DNA of 63,499 nt, counting the filler, from Methanobacteriota archaeon (GTDB lineage: Archaea; JACRDV01): NCBI GenBank assembly GCA_024860865.1. It is 8 parts of 8 records of this genome, joined end to end, with 100 filler letters (N's around TTAATTAATTAA, not from the genome) between each part and the next. Parts side by side here need not be neighbours in the genome. Positions count along the whole stretch, not along the records: positions 34,065 to 42,993 come from JACRDV010000128.1; positions 43,094 to 53,532 come from JACRDV010000129.1; 6 more parts are not named here. The stretch is one strand, 5' to 3'. Position 1 is the stretch's first letter, and every line of letters begins with the position of its first letter. Below are positions 40,681-51,198 of this stretch, piece after piece. The notes beneath the pieces were generated by a model that worked only from the letters and a program-made list of their open reading frames with translations, had not been told where the DNA came from and searched no databases. Both the position numbers and the translations under genes were made by a program.

Positions 40681-41992
40681 AGCTCAGAATCAATTAATTA
40701 AAATTAAAAAGCAGGTTTCAACTGAATTTGAAATTTCTGCAGTTATGAAAAAGTTAGATGGCGGGTCGGCCGTATTTTTTGAGAATGTAGAAGGCTATTC
40801 TATCCCGATTGTAGGTGGAATATGCGGAACTCGTGATCGGATTGCCTTTAGCCTTAAAACAAAATCATCTGAGCTTTTGCACAAGTTGCTGGATGCTGTC
40901 GAGCACAGAAACCCAGTTAGAATAGTTGAAAAAGCCCCAGCTCAAGAGATTATCGAGAAAGAAATTGATTTGTTGAAACAATTACCAATTTTGACATATT
41001 GTGAGAAGGATGGTGGACCGTACATTACTGCTGGAATAGTGGTTGCTAAAGACCCTTTAACTGGAATTAGAAACGTTTCAATTCATAGGCTTATGGTAAT
41101 AGGAAGAAATAAACTTGCGATTAGAATTGTGGAAGGAAGGCATTTAGATCAATATTACAAAATTGCTGAAGGTTTAAATAAACCACTTGAAGTTGGAATT
41201 GCTATTGGATTGCATCCAGTTCTTTTGATGGCATCATCGTCTTCGGTTCCATTATACGTTGATGAATTTGAAGTTGCAAGTGCATTAGCTGGAGAATCAA
41301 TTGAGTTAGTTAAGTGCAAAACTGTTGATGTTGAAGTTCCTGCCCAAGCTGAAATTATTATTGAAGGAAAAATTTTGCCACATATTAGAGCAAAAGAAGG
41401 ACCATTTGTTGATATTCTTGGTGCATACGATATTGTCAGAGAACAACCAGTAGTTGAAGTTACTTGCCTCACTCATCGAAATAACCCAATTTATCAATCA
41501 ATTCTGCCAGGTGGTTACGAGCATATGCTATTGATGGGGCTACCACAAGAGCCTAGAATATTCAAAGTAGTACAAAATACAGTTCCTTCAATTCAAAATG
41601 TCTATCTCACGCCTGGTGGCTGCCATTGGCTCCATGGTGTAATTTCGATCAAAAAACGTACCGAGGGAGATGCTAAGAATGCAATAATCGCAGCACTAGC
41701 AGCGCACCCGAGTTTAAAGCATGTGATAATTGTCGATGATGATATCGACATTTTTAATTCACAGCAAGTTGAATATGCTATTGCTACTCGAGTACAAGCT
41801 GATCGGGATGTTGTGATAGTTACTAATGTGAGAGGATCAAGTTTAGATCCATCTGCAAATCAAGAGCAGGGTGCTTTGACGTCTAAAGTTGGAATTGATG
41901 CAACTAAAAGTTTGATGAAACAAAGAGAACTATTTGAATTAGCAAAAATTCCTAATGAAAATCAAATTGACCTTAAAAAATATTTGGAGTGA
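40649..41992 (+). CDS. UbiD-family decarboxylase (probable anhydromevalonate phosphate decarboxylase)
   Basis: DGGPYIT, NVSIHR, EGPF, VDDDID, SSLDPS; lies between ubiX and acnX. Confidence 0.9.
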   Translation: MSIRTFLRELEAQNQLIKIKKQVSTEFEISAVMKKLDGGSAVFFENVEGYSIPIVGGICGTRDRIAFSLKTKSSELLHKLLDAVEHRNPVRIVEKAPAQEIIEKEIDLLKQLPILTYCEKDGGPYITAGIVVAKDPLTGIRNVSIHRLMVIGRNKLAIRIVEGRHLDQYYKIAEGLNKPLEVGIAIGLHPVLLMASSSSVPLYVDEFEVASALAGESIELVKCKTVDVEVPAQAEIIIEGKILPHIRAKEGPFVDILGAYDIVREQPVVEVTCLTHRNNPIYQSILPGGYEHMLLMGLPQEPRIFKVVQNTVPSIQNVYLTPGGCHWLHGVISIKKRTEGDAKNAIIAALAAHPSLKHVIIVDDDIDIFNSQQVEYAIATRVQADRDVVIVTNVRGSSLDPSANQEQGALTSKVGIDATKSLMKQRELFELAKIPNENQIDLKKYLE

Positions 41993-42993
41993 AACAATTA
42001 TTGTATCTATCAAAAGAAGAAGAAAAAATTCTATCAGGTGAAGCAGGCGAAGTTTTTCAAAAAGCTATGGAAATTTTAGTTGCACTCGGAGAAATTTATC
42101 AAGCTGATAAATTAATTCCGATCAAAAGTACTCAAATTAGTGGTGTCAGTTATAAAACTATTAGTGATGCTGGCCTTGAATTTTTAGAAGAATTTGCTCA
42201 AAAAAATGCTCAAGCAAAAGTTTATTCAACTCTTAATCCAGCTGGTATGGATTTAGCTCGTTGGACTGAATTAAAAATTCCAAAAAGTTTTGCAGAAAAA
42301 CAACTTCGAATTATTAGAGCTTATGAAAAAATTGGAATAAAACCAACTTGCACATGCACACCATATCTAGTTGAAAATATTCCCGAGCTTAATGATCACA
42401 TAGCTTGGGCAGAGTCTTCAGCCGTAGTATTTGCAAATTCAGTGCTTGGAGCAAGAACAAACAGAGAAGGGGGACCAAGTGCGCTTGCTGCTGCGATGAT
42501 TGGCAAAACTCCTAATTATGGATACCATTTGGCCGAAAACAGACAAGGAACAATATTAGTGGAAATGAAGGAAACAATTGACCCTGAGCAATCAATTGTA
42601 GGTGCAATTGGATATTTTGTTGGAGAAATGTGTATGGATCGAGTCCCTGTATTTACCGGTATGAAATACTTGACCTGGGACCATCATAAAGCATTAGGCG
42701 CTGCACTTGCAGCCGGGGGAGCTATTGCGCTTTACCATGTACTCGGTGAAACACCGGAAGCTAAATTAGAGAAAAAAATCTTTAAAGAGAAACAAATCGA
42801 GCGAATTACAGTTAGTAAAGCTGAAATAGATAAAACATACGAAAAATTAACTTCTTCTAGACCAAAGAATATTGATCTAGTAGCAATCGGTTGTCCTCAC
42901 TGCTCGGCAAAAGAACTAAGTGCTGTTGCAAACGAACTGAGGGGAAAGCGCGTGAAAACTCAACTTTGGGTTTGCACTTCAAGAGCCATAAAA
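41989..42993 (+). CDS. Aconitase X large subunit (probable phosphomevalonate dehydratase), 3'-truncated
   Basis: SGVSYK, TCTCTPY, AWAESSAV, IGCPHCS. Confidence 0.9.
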
Positions 42994-43093
42994 NNNNNNN
43001 NNNNNNNNNNNNNNNNNNNNNNNNNNNNNNNNNNNNNTTAATTAATTAANNNNNNNNNNNNNNNNNNNNNNNNNNNNNNNNNNNNNNNNNNNN
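42994..43093. other. Artificial contig spacer
   Basis: N-run/TTAATTAATTAA/N-run. Confidence 0.98.
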
Positions 43094-43569
43094 CATTGGC
43101 AGTTCAAATAATGAAAAAAAATAAAGCGACTCAAATAGGATTACAGCGAAAATTATGCGCCAAAGGGGCATATTTTACGAGTAAAACCAATATTTTTTTT
43201 ATAACTTTTTAGGTTTTTATATAAAACCCAGGAGGAATAGGTAATGATATTTAAGGCAAGAAAAAATTAAAGGCCAGAAACCTTAGACGAGTTCTTCAAT
43301 TATGCCGCTGGTCTGACCAACAGAGTTTTTACATTGGTTTTTGAACTAATCGTATTTCGCGATTTCATCGGCGCGATAAAAAAGGTTGTTGAAACCTGCT
43401 GAGATTCCCATTTTACTTGAGGTGAAAATTTAAGGAAAAAAAAAGGTGAATTCTGAGGCAAAAAATATATATTTTATCTTATATTTATATTTTATTTTAT
43501 ATAATGAAATTTATAATAATATCGTATTCCGATATCAATAACCGATATTATATTTAGAGGACCGATATA

Positions 43570-43863
43570 ATGATTAGAGACTTCTTTATTGGATTTATAA
43601 AAATTCATATCCTTTACCATGCTAGTGAGAATGCTATTTGTGGAATTGAAATGATAAAAGAACTTAAAAGGCATGGCTATCCTATAGGTCCTGGGACAAT
43701 TTATCCTACTCTGCATTCCTTAGAAATAAGAGGCTACTTGAAAAGCAAAGAAGTTGTGATTAATGGCAAAAGGAGAAAATACTATGAAATAACTGGAAAA
43801 GGATTCAAGATGTTGGAAAAATCCAAAGAGAAGATAGGAGAACTTGTGGAGGAGGTATTATAA
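43570..43863 (+). CDS. PadR family transcriptional regulator
   Basis: HILYHA, GPGTIYPTLHSLE, RKYYEIT.KG. Confidence 0.9.
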   Translation: MIRDFFIGFIKIHILYHASENAICGIEMIKELKRHGYPIGPGTIYPTLHSLEIRGYLKSKEVVINGKRRKYYEITGKGFKMLEKSKEKIGELVEEVL

Positions 43864-43907
43864 CGATAAAGCTTAGACCCCTTTGAAGTCGTTAAACTTT
43901 CTTGTTA

Positions 43908-44594
43908 TTAATCATAGCTTCTTTCTTCTCTTACAATTCTTCCATCTTGAAGGTAAATTATCCTCTCCGTTAGTTCACTGACTCTTGGGTCGTGAGTAAC
44001 TATTACTACAGTTACATTTTCTTCTTCGTTAAGTTTTTTCATTAATAAAATTATTTCTCTACCAGTTTTGGAGTCTAATTCTCCAGTTGGCTCATCCGCT
44101 AAAATAATTTGTGGCTGGTTTACCAATGATCTAGCTATTGCCACTCTTTGTCTTTCACCTCCTGAAAGTTGTGTTGGCTTGTGATTCATCCTCTCTTTTA
44201 AGCCGACCATGCTAAGCAATGCTTTGGCCCTTTCTTCCACCCATTTTAAGTCTGCACCTCTGGGAAATAATGGCACCATAACATTCTCCAACGCAGTTAA
44301 AGTTGGAATGAGATTAAATATCTGGAAAATAAATCCAACTGTATCTCTTCTCAGATCAGAAAGCTCGGTGTCGCTCAACTTAGTGACATCTGCGCTATTG
44401 ATGAAAATTTTTCCAAATGTAGGCCTATCAATTCCACCAAGCAAATGCAACAAGGTGCTCTTGCCAGATCCGCTCGGTCCCATCACTGATATAAATTCCC
44501 CTTTCTCTATCTTCAAGTTAATCTTATCAAGAGCCTGCACTTGCACCGCATCAAGATAATATATTTTCGTCAAATCCTTTGCTTCTATCATCAT
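43908..44594 (-). CDS. ABC transporter ATPase (LolD/MacB-like)
   Basis: GPSGSGKST, LSGGERQRVA, ADEPTG, VTHD. Confidence 0.94.
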   Translation of the reverse strand: MMIEAKDLTKIYYLDAVQVQALDKINLKIEKGEFISVMGPSGSGKSTLLHLLGGIDRPTFGKIFINSADVTKLSDTELSDLRRDTVGFIFQIFNLIPTLTALENVMVPLFPRGADLKWVEERAKALLSMVGLKERMNHKPTQLSGGERQRVAIARSLVNQPQIILADEPTGELDSKTGREIILLMKKLNEEENVTVVIVTHDPRVSELTERIIYLQDGRIVREERSYD

Positions 44595-45763
44595 TCTTCA
44601 CTAAATGCTTGGATAGGACTCATTCTTGCTGCTCTCATTGCTGGATACAATCCGCCAGTCAAGCCAAGGACTAACGCAAATGCTACAGCTTCCAACAAGA
44701 GGTCTAAAGTAATCAATGGTCGCATAAAACTTGGAAAAACTGCTGGCAGTAGATAGAAGGTAAATAAAGCCCCTATCCCTAACCCAGCAGTTGCGCCAAA
44801 GGCACTAATTATTAATGACTCTAACAAAATTAGTTTTAAAACATCAGAACTATACCACCCAACGGCCTTTAACACACCGATCTCTCTTGTGCGTTCAATT
44901 ACTGACATCAGCATAGTATTCGCAACGCCAATACCTCCAATGATCGCTGCTATTCCAGCAATAACCCATGTCATCAATTCCATCTGGCCTGTGAACGTGG
45001 AGATCTGTTCTGTCATTTGTCTAGTATATCTCGGCTCAACACCACTAACCAAGACTTTAATTTTTCTGGCTAAAGTATCGACTAATTCAGGACTCGCTGG
45101 TTTAGCTAGGATGACAGATATAGAGTCCGACTTAAATCCTTTAATTTTTTGAGCTTCTTTTAGCGGTATCACAATAAAATTATCTTGTAAAGGTGATCCA
45201 GTTTCATAAATTCCAATTATAGTGAAAGTATATTCTTTTTCATCTGCTGTTATTGTAATATCATCTCCAACTTTTTTATTAGTTGCATCCGCAAGGGCCT
45301 TTCCTATTACTGAAATGCCAGTCTTGCCTTTTTCAAACAATCTCCCCTCGATAATTTTTGTAGGAAAACCTTCGATCATCTGCTCTCTTACTGGATCAAT
45401 CCCAACTAAAGTGATTCTATTACTAGCTCGAGGAGGCCCCATGCCCATTCTGACCCTTTCGATCTGGACCCCTTTTATGTCCACGTTTGCATAAACTTCC
45501 GGAGCCGCAGCAGTTATCCCTGGAATTGCCTCCACTTTGCCAATGATATCCATGTCAATTTCGCTGGAGGATTGAGAAGCGTCTCGCTGAACAATTTCTA
45601 TATTTATACCTAACGTTCTAGTGAATTCGCTTGTTCTAGCTTTAACCCCCTCAGAAATTGAGACTAAAGAAACTATCATGGCTATGCCGATAGCTATCCC
45701 AAGAAGAGCTAAAAGAGTTCTTGATTTTCTACGCAATAAGTTTTTAAAGGCAAGCTGATACAT
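44591..45763 (-). CDS. ABC permease (MacB/FtsX)
   Basis: SVIERTREIGVLKAVG, YPAMRAA. Confidence 0.93.
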   Translation of the reverse strand: MYQLAFKNLLRRKSRTLLALLGIAIGIAMIVSLVSISEGVKARTSEFTRTLGINIEIVQRDASQSSSEIDMDIIGKVEAIPGITAAAPEVYANVDIKGVQIERVRMGMGPPRASNRITLVGIDPVREQMIEGFPTKIIEGRLFEKGKTGISVIGKALADATNKKVGDDITITADEKEYTFTIIGIYETGSPLQDNFIVIPLKEAQKIKGFKSDSISVILAKPASPELVDTLARKIKVLVSGVEPRYTRQMTEQISTFTGQMELMTWVIAGIAAIIGGIGVANTMLMSVIERTREIGVLKAVGWYSSDVLKLILLESLIISAFGATAGLGIGALFTFYLLPAVFPSFMRPLITLDLLLEAVAFALVLGLTGGLYPAMRAARMSPIQAFSEE

Positions 45764-45766
45764 GTC

Positions 45767-47062
45767 TTACCTCTCTTTCTTGATTATCTTCTTCCTTCTT
45801 ATGAAGAACCAATAGAATCCAACAACTAAAATTACTGCAACAGCACCATAAGCCATATTAATAGGCGTTAAATAGCCTCTTGAAACCTGCCTCCCTGCTG
45901 TCCTCTCTGCTGCTTGCGAAACCACAATTTTGTTTTTCTCGATGAAAGAATGCAAACCTAAATCGTCTGCATAGCTAATGTTAAAAACTACAGGGATCTC
46001 TTTTTTATCCGTTTGCAAGAGAGATAATTCTAACAATGCAACGTCTTTATCGCCTGCTTTGATCGTTCCTAAATAACTCGTGGTCTTTCCACGCAGCTGC
46101 TCGTTTAGTAAAACGACCACTCTAACAGATTTTGCATCGGCGTTGCCATTATTTTCAACTGTTGTAGAGAGTAGAAAACTTGTGCCAGGGATAACTTGAC
46201 CAGGATCTGTTTCTACTTTTTGTACAGATAAAGAAGCTTTAGAGATAACTGAGATACCCAAATAAGTTTCTTGAGCGTTACGAGCGCTTGTATTGAATCC
46301 ACTATATGTTATTGTAACTGGTAAACTATAGACTCCTTTCTCAGCGGCTGGATCAACAGCTAATTTAAAATCAACAACTCTAACCTCATTTGGTCTAAGA
46401 CTACCTAGATAAAATTCAGTTCCAGCCCCGATGAGAGCAAAAGGCGGCCTTGCGCCAGTTCCACCAGTAGGGGTAATACCAACACTTCCAGCAGGGGTTA
46501 TGTCCAGAGTAAAAGCTACATTATTGGCAATGCCAGTTCCTTCATTGCTTAAAGAGAGCAGTACTTGAACTTCTTTTCCAGGCTCTGCTGATTTAGGCGT
46601 AATGTTCGTTTTTGAAATAACTATTCTTGGATACCCAATGACCTGGATATCAAAGGTTGTCTTATCCCATACCTCGCCGCCATCGCTGTAAAGGAGATCT
46701 AGAACATATTTTTCCTCGTAAGCACTTGGGTCTATCTTTAGTGTATATGTTGTGAAAGCTCTTTGACCTCCTGAAGGTAAATTGCTGCCAGAAAGTGCAC
46801 CAATCTTTCTAATTCCATCATCACCAGGGGCTAAAGAAAATGGATATTTTGGAGAAAGTTTGGTTATAAGATTTTGAATATCTTTAGTCCCTTGATTTTG
46901 GGCCTGAATCCAAATTTCGACGTTTTTGCCCGGTTCAGCTGGAAATGGAGTATATTGGAGCACAGTAACTCTTAAAGATGGAGACACCTGCGCTGAAACC
47001 GAAAAATTCGAAAGAAGGATGAGTAATGCTACAAATAAAACTAATAATACATTTCTATTCAA
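45767..47062 (-). CDS. COG1361 S-layer-domain protein
   Basis: Signal peptide, repeated PG...N.G Ig-like modules, C-terminal TM and basic tail. Confidence 0.8.
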   Translation of the reverse strand: MNRNVLLVLFVALLILLSNFSVSAQVSPSLRVTVLQYTPFPAEPGKNVEIWIQAQNQGTKDIQNLITKLSPKYPFSLAPGDDGIRKIGALSGSNLPSGGQRAFTTYTLKIDPSAYEEKYVLDLLYSDGGEVWDKTTFDIQVIGYPRIVISKTNITPKSAEPGKEVQVLLSLSNEGTGIANNVAFTLDITPAGSVGITPTGGTGARPPFALIGAGTEFYLGSLRPNEVRVVDFKLAVDPAAEKGVYSLPVTITYSGFNTSARNAQETYLGISVISKASLSVQKVETDPGQVIPGTSFLLSTTVENNGNADAKSVRVVVLLNEQLRGKTTSYLGTIKAGDKDVALLELSLLQTDKKEIPVVFNISYADDLGLHSFIEKNKIVVSQAAERTAGRQVSRGYLTPINMAYGAVAVILVVGFYWFFIRRKKIIKKER

Positions 47063-47112
47063 TCTAAGACCCCCAAATTTGTTTTGAGCAATTGATAAAC
47101 TTTAAAAACTAC

Positions 47113-47589
47113 TCAACTCCATTCTGATTTATTCCAATAAGCCCAACGTTTGTGAATCCAAAGTTTGCCATATTTAGACAATCGATGTTGCCCCACCATC
47201 CATCCTCTATACTCAGTTTTAGAAATTAACACGACTTCCCATGCATCAATATCAGTCATCGCACGGATGGTTTTATTTTCAGTTGTGAAGTATACGAATA
47301 ACACTCTTTTATCGCCTGAAGTGACACGGAGCTTCCATCCATGTGGGTCTATGTAAACTTTGTATTCTCCCATTTCAGCCAAGTCATCTTTCAATGCACT
47401 CTTCGCAACATCTATCGCCTTCTGTTTCTGCGCATCAGTTAAAGACACTTGGCTCATCACAAAGTGAATCGATCTACCGCTTATAAGAACTACTAACACT
47501 AAAACAATACATATCGCTAGCAATCTCCATCGGCCTAATTTCCTAGTTTTCTCTCTTATCTTCGACCATATGTTACTCATATAAACCAC
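47113..47589 (-). CDS. Hypothetical membrane-anchored protein
   Basis: Single N-terminal TM. Confidence 0.55.
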   Translation of the reverse strand: MVYMSNIWSKIREKTRKLGRWRLLAICIVLVLVVLISGRSIHFVMSQVSLTDAQKQKAIDVAKSALKDDLAEMGEYKVYIDPHGWKLRVTSGDKRVLFVYFTTENKTIRAMTDIDAWEVVLISKTEYRGWMVGQHRLSKYGKLWIHKRWAYWNKSEWS

Positions 47590-47751
47590 ACTTTTTCTTA
47601 ATGAAACGGCATATAGAATTATCCTGAAACTGGTTACATAACAATGAAACTAGTACCTGTAGAGGTCAATTACACAATTATAATTGCACGCTAAAAAAAG
47701 TTGAGTTAACGTTATAACTTCAACAAACAACAATTGAAAAATAGTACTGCT

Positions 47752-48270
47752 CTATAAATAATTTTTTGATAATACTACTTTATTTGTCAGTCCATACCTT
47801 TTTTTGATTATTAGACCTTTCTCTTCAAGTTTATCTAGAAGCCGAGTAACCTGTACCTTAGAGAAACCTGTCTCCAGTACCAAATCCTTTTGTAATACTT
47901 CGCCACCGGACTCAACTATTTTTTGAAAAATTTTTTTCTCATCACCATCAAGCAAAGAGAGTACAAATTCTTTGGCTATTTTTTCTTGTTTTGTGTCTTC
48001 TGCCCTTGAAAAAGTATCCTGATGGTTTACCTCAGTTGTTGCCTTTAAAAGTAAGTAAACCATCGTCATGCCTCCAACCCAAGCACAGATGACTAGAAGC
48101 AGTACAGTATTAAACGTGAAGTAACTCGGTTCTTCAATCGGGATCGCGCGACCGCTTTCTAATACTATTTGAGTTGAACTTGGGGTTAATAGTTTATCCA
48201 CTAGCACGAATGTTGCTATAATTAGAATTGCAGCCGCTAAAATCATATTGCGCTCTTTCACTTTTCTCAT
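47752..48270 (-). CDS. Membrane-bound winged-helix regulator
   Basis: Two TM helices, QKDLV.ETGFSK..VTRLL..LE.KG. Confidence 0.8.
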   Translation of the reverse strand: MRKVKERNMILAAAILIIATFVLVDKLLTPSSTQIVLESGRAIPIEEPSYFTFNTVLLLVICAWVGGMTMVYLLLKATTEVNHQDTFSRAEDTKQEKIAKEFVLSLLDGDEKKIFQKIVESGGEVLQKDLVLETGFSKVQVTRLLDKLEEKGLIIKKRYGLTNKVVLSKNYL

Positions 48271-48639
48271 CCAACTAATAGTTTATAGTAGCTAATGTTA
48301 AATAAAAAATTATAATTATAAAAATTTTATTTAAATTTAAACTACTATTCCGCATTAGGAAAGTCTCGTACCTTGTGTTTACCAAGAGACTGGACAAGAT
48401 CTTCTCTAGACTTTATTTTTCTGTACCAATTTTAACCATTATATCGCACCAATTGTTATAATTTGGTTATCAATAATAACTTGTCTGTTTCCTACTCTTA
48501 ATCCTGCTTTTTCAGTAGATCCTCCGGGAGGGGATATTATTAAAACATGCTACGGTAGCTCTAAAGCGCTACTAAGATCTTGAGTTAAATCTTAACAAAA
48601 AACAAGCTTACGTTTAAAAAACACTATTAATTGCCTGCT

Positions 48640-48663
48640 TGGGGCCGTCGAGATTTGAACTCG
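48640..48663 (-). mobile_element. tRNA(Pro-like) 3'-end fragment, att-like scar
   Basis: CGAGTTCAAATCTCGACGGCCCCA with no 5' half. Confidence 0.6.
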
Positions 48664-48675
48664 TCATAAATCGCA

Positions 48676-49125
48676 TTACAAATGAGTTATTTCAACGAAA
48701 GACTTTGGCGTTACACACCTGAACTTCCCTTTCAGCGAGCGCAGGAATTCTCGATTGTTAGAAATTATGTATTTTACCCCGACCGCGATAGCCAATGCAG
48801 CGTGCGCAATATCCTCTTTCGGGACTTCTCCAGAAAGCTGTGAGACGTATAAAGCAAGCTCACCTTCGAAGATGACTTCGGCTTTAGCAACGACCTGCGA
48901 CCTCAGCTTGGATGCGAAATCTTTACCCATTAACCTCCGTGCAACCGCGACTACCTCAAAGAGAAGCACATCGGAAAATGCCACCTTTAGCCTGCCCTCA
49001 AGGAAAGCAGATCAGATCCTTGCCTCCGGGCTGTCGACGTTATGAGCCAGATTAATTGCCCCTTCGATGATGACATTTGTGTCGAGGAGAACTATTTGCG
49101 GCTCTTCAATACCTCTTTCAGCCAT
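48676..49125 (-). pseudogene. PIN-domain toxin with in-frame TGA at 49012-49014
   Basis: IVLLDTNVII...EARI*SAF...PKEDIAHA...ISNN in one frame. Confidence 0.75.
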
Positions 49126-49355
49126 GGTTCAACCTTTTGTTTGTAGACCTCATGCCTCGTTTCCCTGCAAATTTTAAGAATTTCCTCCCTCGGTGGCAGC
49201 TCGAGCTTTCTTAACACGAGAACGCCCTTTCCAAGATCCACTATTTGTAGCTGAACTCCTGGCTCTATTCCACCCTTCTTTCTGATATCCTCTGGGATTA
49301 ACACACGGCCCTTGTCATCCACTTTAACAACTTCTGACGCCATACCCGACACCAA
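49092..49355 (-). CDS. AbrB/MazE antitoxin
   Basis: VKVDDKGRVLIPEDIRK. Confidence 0.88.
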   Translation of the reverse strand: MVSGMASEVVKVDDKGRVLIPEDIRKKGGIEPGVQLQIVDLGKGVLVLRKLELPPREEILKICRETRHEVYKQKVEPWLKEVLKSRK

Positions 49356-49385
49356 TTAAATAGTGGGACTTTCCCACTTATAAAT

Positions 49386-49790
49386 TTATGCAGAATTAAA
49401 TGGTGGGCCGTAGCTTGGGAATCCGGACAAACTTCCGCCAACAACTGCATTTTTCTTTAGAGGCTTGAACTTAAAATCAGGTTTTATGATTGAAATAATG
49501 GAAAAAATGAGTAAGAAAAATCCCAAAAACAATTTCAGAATATTTTGCGGTGTGTAGTTAACCAATATAGCGCCAACTATTGTTAGAATGACGCTCGGTA
49601 CTCCAAAGAGCAAAATTAGTTTTTTATTTATTCCGTGTCTGAAAAATGTTATTCTTCCAAGATTGCCAAATATATGAAAAAGAGCCACAAGAATTAAAGC
49701 AGTCTTAAAATCAACAAAAAATAAAGCGAGAGGCAAGAAAACAGTCGAAGATCCAAATCCCGCGATTGTTCCTATAACTTCTGTTGCGAG
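49386..49790 (-). pseudogene. TauE/SafE sulfite exporter fragment
   Basis: EVIGTIAGFGSSTVFLP...GGSLSGF; lacks a start codon and the C-terminal half. Confidence 0.7.
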
Positions 49791-49800
49791 GTATATTCTT

Positions 49801-49925
49801 TTTACAACTGTAAATAAATTCCCTCAAAGTTCAAATACTGATTAAACGCGCGGTGGGAGCACTTTTTTACAGTTGTAAATAAAATCCCCTAAAAGTTAAT
49901 GTTAGTTGAATGTGCGGTGTGAGTA
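49801..49925. repeat. Two imperfect 65-bp tandem repeats with a TTTACA-NN-TGTAAA palindromic head
   Basis: Copies start at 49801 and 49866; related sequence at 50537-50619. Confidence 0.75.
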
Positions 49926-49980
49926 TGCTTTTTCTGCTATTCAGTAAAGGTTTAAATATAAGTAAGAATATCTTACTAGT

Positions 49981-50268
49981 ATGAAAAAAGAAATAGAAGT
50001 ACCTGTATTGACAAAAGCCAGCTCAAAAGGTCAAATAGTAATACCGACTGAAGTGAGAAAGAAGCTTGGAATAAAAGAAGGCAGCGTGTTTGCTGTTAGC
50101 GCAAAGAAGAATTTACTTGTGTTGAAAAAATTAGATGCAAAAATGAAACCAGAAGATTTGAGAACACTAAAACTAATTGAAGAGGCCTGGAAAGACATTG
50201 AGAAAGGCAGATATAGAGTAGCCACTCCTGAAAAGTTTTTTAAAGAGTTGGCTAAATGGAAAAAATAA
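49981..50268 (+). CDS. AbrB/MazE antitoxin
   Basis: SSKGQIVIP.EVRKKLGI.EG. Confidence 0.88.
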   Translation: MKKEIEVPVLTKASSKGQIVIPTEVRKKLGIKEGSVFAVSAKKNLLVLKKLDAKMKPEDLRTLKLIEEAWKDIEKGRYRVATPEKFFKELAKWKK

Positions 50269-50516
50269 AGGAAATAATTTGGACTCAAAAGTTCGAGGAA
50301 GATTTCAAGAAAATTAAAGATAGATCAATGCAGGATAAGATAGAGAAACAGATAAGGAAAATAATTGAGAATCCTCGATTTGGAAAACCATTGAGATACA
50401 GTTTGTATGGCGAGAAATCAGTCTATGTAAAGCCTTATAGACTTATTTTTAAAGTAGAAGGAGACAAACTAACTCTTCTTCGATTCGAACATAGGAATGA
50501 AGTATATAGGAGATAA
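50256..50516 (+). CDS. RelE/ParE toxin
   Basis: ENPRFGKPL, PYRLIF, HRNEVY. Confidence 0.88.
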   Translation: MEKIKEIIWTQKFEEDFKKIKDRSMQDKIEKQIRKIIENPRFGKPLRYSLYGEKSVYVKPYRLIFKVEGDKLTLLRFEHRNEVYRR

Positions 50517-50937
50517 GTGCGTTGTCAGAAATTGTGTTTACAATTGTAAATGATCTTGTTCACAGCTTTAAATAAAATCTCCTAAAGTTTAATACTGTTG
50601 TGTTGCACAGTGGAAGCATAAATTTAAATTTATTTTAAATTTGCCCCTTATCTGTAAGTCTATACAATCTTCCAACTTTTTCTTCTGGTGTTACACACTC
50701 AATTAATCCCATTTTCTCGAAGTTCCGACAAAGAACGACTCACAGTGTGATATTTATATTTGGTTCTTGGGCTAATTGACTTGGTAATTTAGGTCTTTCT
50801 AGGGCCTATGAACACATTTTATTAATAGGCTCTTTTTTTAAAATGCCTAACAATAAAGATTTGTCCCTCCAAGGTGTTTTTTATTTGCTTAGCAAATAGT
50901 GGAACAAATATTTATATAATGGAATTTCTTATTATAA

Positions 50938-51198
50938 TTGGTGAAAAAAATGGAAAGTGGATTAGAAATAAAAAAAGTGGATTCCCAGGGGCGCTTTGTT
51001 TTGCCTGCAGACTGGCGAGAATCAGAGCTTAAAGAAAGTCAAGAAGTTTATATTATAAAAAGAAAAGAATATTTGAAAATAATTCCAAAGCGTAAAGTTG
51101 ACCTATCTAAGCTCTTTGATAAAGTCGATCTAGGAATCGAATCAATTAAAGATTGGAAAGTCTTTGAAAAAAAATTCTTTGCAAGGGATATTAAATGA
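50938..51198 (+). CDS. AbrB-like antitoxin
   Basis: KKVDSQGRFVLP.DWR. Confidence 0.85.
   Translation: MVKKMESGLEIKKVDSQGRFVLPADWRESELKESQEVYIIKRKEYLKIIPKRKVDLSKLFDKVDLGIESIKDWKVFEKKFFARDIK

Noticed and set aside
49012-49014. TGA recoding (Trp or Sec)
   Set aside because: TGA ends conserved genes here (glmS, rps15, mptA) and the site is not a Cys position; a nonsense mutation is simpler.
49801-49925. CRISPR array
   Set aside because: Whole units are similar, there are no unique spacers, only 2-3 copies, and no cas genes.
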